A DNA stretch of 62,868 nt from Promethearchaeota archaeon (GTDB lineage: Archaea > Asgardarchaeota > Lokiarchaeia > Sigyniarchaeales > SOKP01). Where the stretch lies: NCBI GenBank assembly GCA_019058295.1, contig JAHPZI010000025.1, forward strand, positions 12,418 through 75,285, read 5' to 3'. The stretch's first letter is position 1. Every line of letters starts with the position of its first letter. The notes beneath the pieces are model-generated. The model saw nothing but the letters and a program-made list of their open reading frames with translations, searched no databases and was not told where the DNA came from. Made by a program: the position numbers and the translations under genes. Positions 1 to 9,320 of this stretch are shown here, one piece after another.

Positions 1-221
1 TCAATTTTAATATTTCATTATAGGAGATGGATTTATTTATTTTTTTCCATCAAATATATATTTTTTTTTTTTTTTATTATGGTAGGTGATTTTTCTTTTC
101 CACAATATATTTTAAATCTGAAAAAATAAATCTCTTCATTCTGATATCTTATAATTATAAAAAAGAAAGAAGAAGAATAACTGTAAATTATATTAAATTA
201 TTTAATAAAGAAAATGAGCTA

Positions 222-671
222 TTGGAGTACATTAAAGCCAATGATTTGAAATTAACAAAATATTCAACTGAAGAAAATTTAATCTCTAACTTAATTATTT
301 TAATTAACAATTATTTATCTGGCAAGAAAATCAATTTATATGATAAGATTAATGATTTAAAAGTAGATTTAAACTTAAAAGATGAATTCTCAACGGAATT
401 TGCCTTAAAAGTTATAAACCATTTAATAAATATCAAATATGGAGAAATTACATCATATTCAGAAATAGGTACAGTAATAGGCTCAAAAGCTTATAGAGCT
501 ATTGGAAATGTTTTAAAAAGAAATCCATTCCCTCTAATTATTCCTTGTCATCGCGTTATAAGAAAAAATGGAAAAGTTGGGGGATTTATGGGAAAAATAA
601 ATAATGAATGGCAACAAAATCTTAAAAAACATTTACTAAAAATGGAATCACAAAATGAAAATTATACATAA
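222..671 (+). CDS. ogt: O6-methylguanine-DNA methyltransferase; the frame is open from nt 90, so the true start may be upstream
   Basis: Active-site PCHRV; YGEITSYSEI...RAIGNVLKRNP helix-turn-helix. Confidence 0.93.
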   Translation: MEYIKANDLKLTKYSTEENLISNLIILINNYLSGKKINLYDKINDLKVDLNLKDEFSTEFALKVINHLINIKYGEITSYSEIGTVIGSKAYRAIGNVLKRNPFPLIIPCHRVIRKNGKVGGFMGKINNEWQQNLKKHLLKMESQNENYT

Positions 672-680
672 ATCTCATTT

Positions 681-1718
681 TTAAGAATCCTCTGTTCTAA
701 ATTCAAAAATCGTCCCGACAGAGCAATTAAAAGCATTTGTATTTTGAATTCTTGAAGTATTTATCTCTTGAATAAATCTTTCCCCTGAACAATGAATCGG
801 AAAAAGATACAATTTTTCCGATTTTAATGTTTTAAAAAATTTAATTGTAGAGCTAAATCTTTCTCTTGAAGCATTGGCCATGTGCATTCCGCCAATTATA
901 TGAGTTATTGGTTTATCAGGATCAGTCATATTTTTTACATAATCTACTGTATTCATAATTCCAGAATGGCAACATCCTGTTAGTAAGACAATATTTTCAT
1001 TGTATTCGAAAATTAAACATTTATCATCTAAAATTTTATCTACTTTAAGGGTTTCTTCTTGAAGCGAGAAAAAATTGTTAAAATCTTCTTCCTTGTATTT
1101 TCTTGGTATTTCACCACTTACAGTTATTTTAAGATCAGCATCCTTATACAGCTCGTAAGGATCTTTTGAAAAAACCATATTACCACCTAAATCTTTAATC
1201 CTTTCTAAATTCACTGGCTCTTGACTCACTATTTTGGAGGTTGATAATAACGGTAGTATCTCTTCCCGAGTTTTACCATTTAAATCTTTATTTTTAATTT
1301 CTTCTGCGCGTCTAAAAAACCTTTCGTATTTTGCATCAGGATGGCAAATAATTGTTATATCTTTTTCAATTCGCTTTAAAATCTCATTTAATCCACCAGT
1401 ATGATCGTAATGCCAGTGTGATAGAATTATATTATCAACATCATAGAGATTATAATTTCTAACATCTAGATTATGAAGATATGTTCTATTAGGCCCTCCA
1501 GTATCAAAAATAAATTTTTTTTTCAATTTTGGCCAATCCATATCATCAAGGTCATCCATATCATAAATATTTATTAAAAAACCTAATCCATGCTCAGCAA
1601 GGGATTGAGTTGCAAATAATTTATTAAATTCAATAAAGTTTAATCCATTAGTTTTTTGAAGTTTTTGAAATGGTATGACTATGTTATTGGATAATACGAT
1701 AATTTCTGTTTTTATCAT
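681..1718 (-). CDS. MBL-fold metallo-hydrolase (COG1237-like)
   Basis: AEHGL, FDTG, SHWHYDHTGG, GCCHSG, GGMH, HCSG motifs. Confidence 0.88.
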   Translation of the reverse strand: MIKTEIIVLSNNIVIPFQKLQKTNGLNFIEFNKLFATQSLAEHGLGFLINIYDMDDLDDMDWPKLKKKFIFDTGGPNRTYLHNLDVRNYNLYDVDNIILSHWHYDHTGGLNEILKRIEKDITIICHPDAKYERFFRRAEEIKNKDLNGKTREEILPLLSTSKIVSQEPVNLERIKDLGGNMVFSKDPYELYKDADLKITVSGEIPRKYKEEDFNNFFSLQEETLKVDKILDDKCLIFEYNENIVLLTGCCHSGIMNTVDYVKNMTDPDKPITHIIGGMHMANASRERFSSTIKFFKTLKSEKLYLFPIHCSGERFIQEINTSRIQNTNAFNCSVGTIFEFRTEDS

Positions 1719-1836
1719 TAGAAAATAAACTTCCTAATAAAATAAAATAATATAATTTCCTAATATAATTAAAAATACCGCAAGTAAAAATTTTTATAAT
1801 ATTATTTAAATACAATTATTAAATGAACAAAATGTA

Positions 1837-2637
1837 ATGATGAAAAAGCTGAAAAGGACAAATCCATTAAAAAAGAAGAGGAAAAAAATAATAATCATTA
1901 GTCCCGAAAAAAAAAAAGTAATTCAAGAACACTTACAAGATATTAAAAATTCAATAAGAATTTTCTTCTTCAATATAAACGCATCCATAAGCAGATACAG
2001 AGACAAAATGAAAAACAAGCAGATACAAAGACAAAATAAAAAACATCATAAAAACGTTTTACTTACATTAAGTAAAAAAAGGTTTGAAAATGGCTCATCA
2101 ACCGAATCACCTCAGATAACTATAAAGACGACTCCGCCGTCAGAAGAAATTGAAAATAGCATAGATTTAATAGACTGTGATCTTGAAATACGAGAAAGAC
2201 TTGCAGACTTATTCCAAGACATTCAAAAAAGTGATGATTTTAATGATGTTTTAATGGAATCTTCTAATTTTAAAAAAAAGAAATTAAAAAAAAAAAGCAA
2301 GGATCCGCATTTTCAGCTTACTAAACAAATATACCAAAAATATATCGAATTAGAAGAAAAATTAGATAGAATTGAAACGACAACCGAGGCCATAAAGGAC
2401 GATACATTATGCATTCTCATTGACGTTTCTCAAATTGCCAAAATGATTGAAGTAGCTATCGATGATATTACCAATATTGAAGAATATATGAGGAACTATT
2501 TAGGTTCTGATTGGCAAAAAATCAAACATTATTGGCAAAAATATAAAGATAAAGAGATTACAAAATCCGAATTTGTAAAATCTTGCTTAAAATCAGTTGG
2601 ATTGAAATTTTTAAACATCTTCATTAGAACTAAATAA
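1837..2637 (+). CDS. Hypothetical basic/coiled-coil protein
   Basis: 266-aa ORF; Lys-rich N-terminus, heptad-like middle, compact helical C-terminus (LGSDWQKIKHYW). Confidence 0.65.
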   Translation: MMKKLKRTNPLKKKRKKIIIISPEKKKVIQEHLQDIKNSIRIFFFNINASISRYRDKMKNKQIQRQNKKHHKNVLLTLSKKRFENGSSTESPQITIKTTPPSEEIENSIDLIDCDLEIRERLADLFQDIQKSDDFNDVLMESSNFKKKKLKKKSKDPHFQLTKQIYQKYIELEEKLDRIETTTEAIKDDTLCILIDVSQIAKMIEVAIDDITNIEEYMRNYLGSDWQKIKHYWQKYKDKEITKSEFVKSCLKSVGLKFLNIFIRTK

Positions 2638-2640
2638 TTG

Positions 2641-3210
2641 TTATTTTTCTTTCATAGAATCATCAATAATTTTACCAATTAATATTCTATCAGTATAGGT
2701 GCCATTTTTTAGTTTTCCCCCAAATCTCCTTCTCCCTTCGATTTGGTATTTTAGCTTTTCAACATATAATTTCTCTGCCCTTACATTCCCTAAAAAATAT
2801 TCGGTTTCTAATTTTTTAACTCCTTTTTTTTTAGCGCATTCTTCTATAATCTGGAGTAACCTTGTTCCCAATCCTTGGTTCTGGAATAAATGGTGGATCG
2901 CTATGCCCCACTTTCCGAGATGTCCCAATTTTTTATTGTTTTGATTTAATTCTAAATTGGCAGTAGCTATTATTTTTCCATTATAAACTCCTCCAATCAT
3001 AATAAGTCCTTCCTTAGACATTAAAAATCTAAAATTAGTTCTATCTCGCTCTAAATCTTCTTTTTCAAATTCTAATGCAAGGAATTTATTAACCTTATTA
3101 AGCCAATCATGGACGTATTCATAATTATTATCAGCGTCATAATCGTCCATCGTTAATCTCTTAATATTAACGATTCTTCCATCTTTTAATTTAAATTCTT
3201 CAATCTCCAT
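2641..3210 (-). CDS. GNAT family N-acetyltransferase
   Basis: Acetyl-CoA motif FQNQGLGTRLL; NVRAEKLY. Confidence 0.9.
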   Translation of the reverse strand: MEIEEFKLKDGRIVNIKRLTMDDYDADNNYEYVHDWLNKVNKFLALEFEKEDLERDRTNFRFLMSKEGLIMIGGVYNGKIIATANLELNQNNKKLGHLGKWGIAIHHLFQNQGLGTRLLQIIEECAKKKGVKKLETEYFLGNVRAEKLYVEKLKYQIEGRRRFGGKLKNGTYTDRILIGKIIDDSMKEK

Positions 3211-3216
3211 TTATTT

Positions 3217-3284
3217 AAAATAGTTTTAAATAATTTTAAAAGTATATTAAAATAAGCATAATAAACGTCCTTTATGCATTCTTA
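3217..3284. repeat. 68-bp perfect direct repeat, copy 1
   Basis: AAAATAGTTTTAAATAATTTTAAAAGTATATTAAAATAAGCATAATAAACGTCCTTTATGCATTCTTA, identical to 4160-4227. Confidence 0.95.
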
Positions 3285-3328
3285 GCAAATCTTTAAAACA
3301 ATTTGAATATTTTTAATAAAGGGAAACT

Positions 3329-4159
3329 ATGCTTAATTTAAAATATGTTAAAGAGGGTAATATCTATCTTCAATTCTTGATTATATTTATTTTAACAATA
3401 ATATTGTTTTACGAGATCATTCCATTACTATACTTTGGAGGTATCAGAGTATTAGTTTATATTAGTGAGTTAAAGAAATTGAGTTCTTTCTGGATATCAA
3501 CTAGGATTATTTGTGAGATTATCCTTATGGGGCCTGTATTTGCTATAATCTATTATTTTATGATGAAACGACTTATAGTAGAGATTGATATAGAGAAAGG
3601 GAAGAATAAGTATTATGTGGCTTTGATTGAAATTGGAGTATTGACGTTTATGTGTATCTCCGTTATGGGGCACACCATCCATATGCTTTTTGATCAGGCA
3701 AACCGTGTATATTATAACTCGAATGATGGAATGGATACCAGCGAATTATATTCTCTTCTATATTATTCAGATGAGTGGTTGGGGCATCATCTTATTCATA
3801 TTGCTTATTCTGGTTATATAGCTATGGCATTAATAACAGAATTCTTAGGTGAAAACCATAAAAGATTAAGAAATGATGAATTAATTTACACCATTTGTTG
3901 TGGTGTTGGAATGGGCTTAATGTTTGGTTATTCGACATATGAGGGACAAGCTGCAGTTTTAGTGGTTATTTTATGTATTATTCTTTTAATTGCTGACCTT
4001 ATCATTATTCTTGTGAAAAAAATTAACATTCTTGAGCGACCTATTTTAATCTGTACAATTATTCTTTCTATTATTGTAATTTGCTTATTTATCTGGTGGG
4101 TTGTTGTTTTTGGATTAAAACCATATTATCCTTATATTTACCAACCTTCAGAAATGTGA
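3329..4159 (+). CDS. Multi-pass membrane protein of unknown function
   Basis: About 7 hydrophobic segments; His motifs GHTIH and DEWLGHH. Confidence 0.75.
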   Translation: MLNLKYVKEGNIYLQFLIIFILTIILFYEIIPLLYFGGIRVLVYISELKKLSSFWISTRIICEIILMGPVFAIIYYFMMKRLIVEIDIEKGKNKYYVALIEIGVLTFMCISVMGHTIHMLFDQANRVYYNSNDGMDTSELYSLLYYSDEWLGHHLIHIAYSGYIAMALITEFLGENHKRLRNDELIYTICCGVGMGLMFGYSTYEGQAAVLVVILCIILLIADLIIILVKKINILERPILICTIILSIIVICLFIWWVVVFGLKPYYPYIYQPSEM

Positions 4160-4227
4160 AAAATAGTTTTAAATAATTTTAAAAGTATATTAAAATAAGC
4201 ATAATAAACGTCCTTTATGCATTCTTA
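4160..4227. repeat. 68-bp perfect direct repeat, copy 2
   Basis: Identical to 3217-3284; starts immediately after the stop of 3329..4159. Confidence 0.95.
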
Positions 4228-4255
4228 TTAAAATTTTTTCAATTTCAGTATAAAA

Positions 4256-4540
4256 GTGTTTAGAATGGAATTTATAAAGCTAATAAAAAGAATGCCTTAT
4301 ATTCATTGTGCGAGAGGCCCTTTAAGATGTGAAAAGTGTAAAGAATTTGAAAATAGAAGCGAAAGTTTTGCTTTAATTAAAGTTTATTTAAAACAAGGTG
4401 ATATCGCTAGACCTATGACAGAAGTTTATGTTGGTTGTCAAAGGATATTTGGAGAGTATGATGTGTTGAAAAGATTTGAGGATGATAATGAAGCAAAACA
4501 TTATGCTATAAAAAATGGAATAGAAATTATTTTCTCATAA
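4256..4540 (+). CDS. Small hypothetical protein, possible Zn ligands
   Basis: HC-x6-CEKC; fills the gap before psmB. Confidence 0.6.
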   Translation: MFRMEFIKLIKRMPYIHCARGPLRCEKCKEFENRSESFALIKVYLKQGDIARPMTEVYVGCQRIFGEYDVLKRFEDDNEAKHYAIKNGIEIIFS

Positions 4541-4647
4541 AAAGTTAGTTTTATAGTTAATTAAATTCAATAGAGTTTCAATAATTCAATACAAATTTTT
4601 AATTTATTTGGAGAAATTTAATAAATTTTGAGTTATTTTTTGAAATT

Positions 4648-5349
4648 ATGAGAAAAGAAGAAATATTAAAGCATATTGATACTAAATTTATGAAAGATTT
4701 TGAAGTTCAAAAACCATATACTAACCAAAATAATAAATCAATAACATTTAGCACTGGAACTACCACTGTAGGTTTAATTTGTAAAGATGCTGTTGTTTTA
4801 GGAACTGATAAACGAGCAACGATGGCATATTTTATTGCTAGTAAAATTTCTGAAAAATTGCACAAAATTCAAGATCATTTATGGATGACAATTGCGGGTT
4901 CTGTGGCTGATGCTCAATATCTCGTTGATATAATAAAGGCTGAAACAACAATATACCAATTACAAAAAGAAAAATTGATTCCAGTAAAAGCAGCTGGAAA
5001 AATGATGTCAAATCTCCTTTATCGATATAAATTATTTCCTTTTGAAGTTGGTCTTATATTGGGAGGTGTGACCAAAGAAGAAGGACCAGTATTATTAGAC
5101 ATTGGAGCTTATGGTTCAATTTTGCCGGAGAAATATGTTGCTGTGGGAAGTGGTCAGAATTTTTCTTATGGTGTGTTAGAAGCTAAGTATAAGGATGATC
5201 TATCGATTGAAGAAGGTAAAGAAATTGTTAGGACGGCTGTTACCTCCTCAATAAATCGAGATATGGCAAGTGGAAATGGAATTGACATTGTAGTTGTTAA
5301 AGCGGAAGGTCCCGCTGAAAAAGAATTTATCTCTATAAATCAAACCTAA
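4648..5349 (+). CDS. psmB: 20S proteasome beta subunit
   Basis: Propeptide followed by TG/TTTVG; DKRAT, AGSVADAQ, GSG, RDMASG. Confidence 0.97.
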   Translation: MRKEEILKHIDTKFMKDFEVQKPYTNQNNKSITFSTGTTTVGLICKDAVVLGTDKRATMAYFIASKISEKLHKIQDHLWMTIAGSVADAQYLVDIIKAETTIYQLQKEKLIPVKAAGKMMSNLLYRYKLFPFEVGLILGGVTKEEGPVLLDIGAYGSILPEKYVAVGSGQNFSYGVLEAKYKDDLSIEEGKEIVRTAVTSSINRDMASGNGIDIVVVKAEGPAEKEFISINQT

Positions 5350-5525
5350 AAGTGCTTTTTTACTTATTTTTTCATTAATAATTTTTTCAACAATCATTAA
5401 ATTCTTCCTTAAGAATAAAGTTTAAAAGTAGTGATTTTTCTAATTTTAATGATTTTAATAATTTTTAATAATAATAGCATATCTTAATAAAACAAATTAC
5501 AAAATTTTTTACTGTAAATTATAAT

Positions 5526-6281
5526 TTGGATCAACATAATTTTCGTGATAAAGCAGTGCCCTATAAAATTATCGTAGATTTGTCTCATCGTGAACAAGTT
5601 GAGTTCCCAGAACTTGCTTTAAGTGATGATGATTATGATGTTGATTACATAGATAAAAATGATATATTAGATTTTGACGCCTTGGAAGATTACGATATTT
5701 TATTTATCGGGAATATTCAACATGCTAAAAATAAAAAAACTGATAAATTTACTCCAGATCAATTAAAAGATATAAAAAGATTTATAGGAGAAGGTGGAGG
5801 TCTTTTATTAACTAGTGGTGCTGGTGGAGATAACAATATATCAATGAAAGAAGGTTCTATTAGAGTATTATACAAAGTAACAGGAGTAAAGAGATTCTGG
5901 AATGGGAGGATTCTTGAATCTAGTTCTAATTTTTTAGTAAAAAAGAAAAATGTTTTGATTACTGAGTTATTTTCACATCCTATTACAAAAGGGATAACGG
6001 AATTGGTTTTCCCGAATTGCACTTTTTTTAATTTAACAGAAGAAGACGTTGAGGATATTATATTGACTTCGGAGAAAGCAGAATTTGAGTATCACAACGA
6101 TGATGAGATCGATGATGTTGGACAAGTTCCGATATGTGTTGTTAGCGAATTTTTTCGCGGAAGGTGTGTAACAGTAGGCTCTTCCGATTGGTTGCTTGAA
6201 GACAATGATTTTGGCTTAGATGCCGGAGATAATCTCAAATTTCTTGAGAATATCATAAATTGGTTATCCTTTGAGATTTAA
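5526..6281 (+). CDS. GATase-like / DUF4350 / GIFT (IFT52-like) domain protein
   Basis: VDLSHRE, YDILFIG, FIGEGGGLLL, HPITKGI, GRCVTVGS, DNLKFLENIINWL. Confidence 0.65.
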   Translation: MDQHNFRDKAVPYKIIVDLSHREQVEFPELALSDDDYDVDYIDKNDILDFDALEDYDILFIGNIQHAKNKKTDKFTPDQLKDIKRFIGEGGGLLLTSGAGGDNNISMKEGSIRVLYKVTGVKRFWNGRILESSSNFLVKKKNVLITELFSHPITKGITELVFPNCTFFNLTEEDVEDIILTSEKAEFEYHNDDEIDDVGQVPICVVSEFFRGRCVTVGSSDWLLEDNDFGLDAGDNLKFLENIINWLSFEI

Positions 6282-6307
6282 CTGATAAAGTAATTTGAAT
6301 AAGGATT

Positions 6308-7423
6308 ATGGCTTTTAGAATTTTACGTCCAGACTCGCTTTCAGTTTGGGAGAACGAAGATATTCTTAAACGTTTTTCTAATTACAGAGGAATTTTAGAT
6401 GGAAAGCAAATAGCAAGATATTTAATTGCTAAAAGCTTAGAATGTAAATTTGATTCTAATAATGATTCTTTAGAGGTTTTAGAAAAATTATTAAAAGAAA
6501 AATCTATTGAATTTAACGAGTTACTAAAACACAACATCGAATCACTTAAAAATCGAGAAAGTAAAGCTTCATCTTATATAGATTTAGCTACAACCATCGC
6601 AAATAGGTATCTTGAGAGTTGCATATTTTGCGAACGAAGGTGTGGTGTCAATCGAATTCAAGATGAAACGGGCTATTGTTTATTAACAAAAGACTCTTAT
6701 GTTTCTTCAGCTTTTCTACATTTCGGAGAAGAATCTGTTCTAATTCCTTCCGGCACTATTTTCTTTCAGTCTTGCAACTTTGGATGTGTATTTTGCCAGA
6801 ACTACGATCTCTCCCAAGCTTGGAAAGGTAGAAGAAATATTGAAGATATTGCTCAAAAAATCGATGAAAAAAAATTAGCAGCAATAGCGGAGAAACTAGT
6901 GGAAAAAGGAGCATTTAATATTAATTATGTCGGAGGTGATCCTATCCCAAATTTGCACACGATTGTTGGGAGTTTAAAATATCAAACATCCAATATTTGT
7001 CAGTTATGGAATTCAAATTTTTATTTAACAAACGAATCTTTATCTCTAATTATTGATTTTATGGATTTTTGGTTGCCTGATTTTAAATATGGAAATAATG
7101 AATGCGCTGAGAAATACTCAGGAATTAAAAATTATTTCGATGTTGTATCTCGAAATCATAAAAGAATACATGATGAGGGTAGCGGTGAAATTATTATTCG
7201 TCATCTTGTAATGCCGAATCATATTGAATGCTGTTCAAAACCTATTTTGGATTATGTAGCAAAAGAAATCCCTAAATGTGTTGTAAATATTATGGGTCAG
7301 TACCGGCCACAGTACAAAGCAAATAAGTATAAAGAAATTAATAGACATCCTACATCACAAGAGATGACAGATGTCAAAAATTATGCTGACAAGTTGGGGA
7401 TTCTATATGAACCTGTTTCTTAA
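6308..7423 (+). CDS. Radical SAM protein, PflX family
   Basis: CNFGCVFCQN; CIFCERRCGVNR; HFGEE; DFKYGN; RHLVMP. Confidence 0.9.
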   Translation: MAFRILRPDSLSVWENEDILKRFSNYRGILDGKQIARYLIAKSLECKFDSNNDSLEVLEKLLKEKSIEFNELLKHNIESLKNRESKASSYIDLATTIANRYLESCIFCERRCGVNRIQDETGYCLLTKDSYVSSAFLHFGEESVLIPSGTIFFQSCNFGCVFCQNYDLSQAWKGRRNIEDIAQKIDEKKLAAIAEKLVEKGAFNINYVGGDPIPNLHTIVGSLKYQTSNICQLWNSNFYLTNESLSLIIDFMDFWLPDFKYGNNECAEKYSGIKNYFDVVSRNHKRIHDEGSGEIIIRHLVMPNHIECCSKPILDYVAKEIPKCVVNIMGQYRPQYKANKYKEINRHPTSQEMTDVKNYADKLGILYEPVS

Positions 7424-7484
7424 TATTTTAGTAATACAATTTTAAAGGAACAATAATCTAAATTAGAAAATAAAAAAAAATTAA

Positions 7485-9071
7485 TTATTTGTTATTTTTT
7501 CTCAATTTTTTTACGACTGCTATTAGCGCTAGTATTGATGATAACAATATTAGATACAAATCGAATCCTGGAATCGCCTCTTCTCCATCATCATCATCAT
7601 CATCGTCACCACTAGGTGCAGCAGCAGGTGGAGGAATGGTTGCGGTAAAATCAACAAGATCTTCAGCACTCGCATCGATAATAAATTTAATTGCTTTTTC
7701 AGTAAGAGGTAAGGTTGGAGCGTAATTATTATAATATGTTAGATCACCGTGGTCTAAACCGATAATAGGAAAATCAGCATAAGCAATATCAGTAACCAAT
7801 TTATACTGAAACTTAATATTACCACTCTCGTGGAAAAATACCTCAAAATCTCCTACTAACATCTCATTATCAAAATCATACGCTCTATAATATTCTATTA
7901 TCAAATATCTATTCGGGCTAGATCCTCCGAAATAATAATAAACATCTCCACCTGTCTCTAAGTCTAAATCTGCAGATAATAAGGAAACGCAATCTTGGTT
8001 CTCGAGTATATTATTAGGAATATCAACAATCCAATTCCTTGTATCTCCCAGATTAGGAAAACTCATCCACCCATTAGAGCTAACACTGATATTAGTGTAC
8101 TCAGTATCATAAAATGTAAAGTTCCAACCTTGTCCAGTAAAATTAATAATATCGTATTCATCATCTTCATTTGAGAGCCATGTCATGTGAGTCCCGTCCC
8201 GTCTTAATTCATACCAATTATAATCCGCATTAGTATCCATCGTATAATTTCTATTTAATCTGAAATACACTGCCAATTCGTTGACGGCACCGCCAAAGGC
8301 TGCATTCCAATCGTTAGTATAATTGCTGTAATTAATCAAATCACCGTGAACTAACCCCACCTTAGCATCAGGATAGTCCCATCCCATTCCAGACATAGGA
8401 TCTGTTATATTTTTATATTGAAATTTAATATCTCCATTTTCATAGAAAATTGCTTCCATAGTTAGATATGATTCAGCGTTAATTTCCGCAACTTCAAAAT
8501 ATTCTATCACTAAGTATCTATTTGGTGCATTTCCAAAGAATTCATAGAATATTTGTCCGTAGTCACTTGGAATTAAATCAGTAGCCAATAGGCAAACGGT
8601 ATCATTATGATTTCTATTATTATCATATGAATCGCTCCAGTCGCTACAATTTTGGGGTATATCTCGCCAGTCATATGAGCCTTGTCCATCAAAATTATAC
8701 GTCCATCCATCGTTTGCATTTTGAAATGTCATCCATCCATTTGTATCTACAGTAATGTTTGTATATGATGTTCCGTAAAATGTGAATTCCCAACCATCTT
8801 CTGCGGTGATATTTATTGATTCAGCATCATCATCTTCATTGGAAACATATGCCAATAATGTCCCAGTTTCGTTTATTTCAATCCACGAGTAGGGATAGTT
8901 ATCAATTATCGTATAGTTAAAACCGGGGACCCATTCAGAAGTTTTTATATGATTATCTTTATTAACTTCATTACTCTTATCATCAGAGATCTCTACAAGT
9001 GATAAGGGAAACGTTGCCAACACTATTGCAAAAAGGATAACCATCAAGAGAATCTCTTTCTTTTTTGCCAA
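7485..9071 (-). CDS. Secreted surface protein with two tandem NIDO-like repeats and a Loki-CTERM-type anchor
   Basis: Signal peptide; duplicated FTFY..Y.NI.V..NGWM.F / PNRYL.IEY / G.IKFQY; poly-Asp linker, IPGF, TM helix, basic tail. Confidence 0.8.
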   Translation of the reverse strand: MAKKKEILLMVILFAIVLATFPLSLVEISDDKSNEVNKDNHIKTSEWVPGFNYTIIDNYPYSWIEINETGTLLAYVSNEDDDAESINITAEDGWEFTFYGTSYTNITVDTNGWMTFQNANDGWTYNFDGQGSYDWRDIPQNCSDWSDSYDNNRNHNDTVCLLATDLIPSDYGQIFYEFFGNAPNRYLVIEYFEVAEINAESYLTMEAIFYENGDIKFQYKNITDPMSGMGWDYPDAKVGLVHGDLINYSNYTNDWNAAFGGAVNELAVYFRLNRNYTMDTNADYNWYELRRDGTHMTWLSNEDDEYDIINFTGQGWNFTFYDTEYTNISVSSNGWMSFPNLGDTRNWIVDIPNNILENQDCVSLLSADLDLETGGDVYYYFGGSSPNRYLIIEYYRAYDFDNEMLVGDFEVFFHESGNIKFQYKLVTDIAYADFPIIGLDHGDLTYYNNYAPTLPLTEKAIKFIIDASAEDLVDFTATIPPPAAAPSGDDDDDDDGEEAIPGFDLYLILLSSILALIAVVKKLRKNNK

Positions 9072-9320
9072 ATCTCAACAACTTTTTCATATTAGATTTT
9101 ATTATTTTAATTCAACCATTCGGATATATTAAAACTTATTCAAAAAAATCACAATTCTTTTTGATCCTGTTTCTTAAAAATTAGTGAAATTTGACTTATC
9201 CATTTAAAGATTATTATCTCTCTATGTTTATTTAGTAAAACCTATAAGGACTCCAATACTTTGGTATTTAACTTATTAACAGTTATTAGGCTTAATGTTT
9301 AAATTGGAAATGAATTTATT

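Noticed and set aside
79-221. Open frame upstream of ogt after AGGTGA (84-89)
   Set aside because: May be another non-canonical start or an indel in a T-run; cannot be resolved, so not counted
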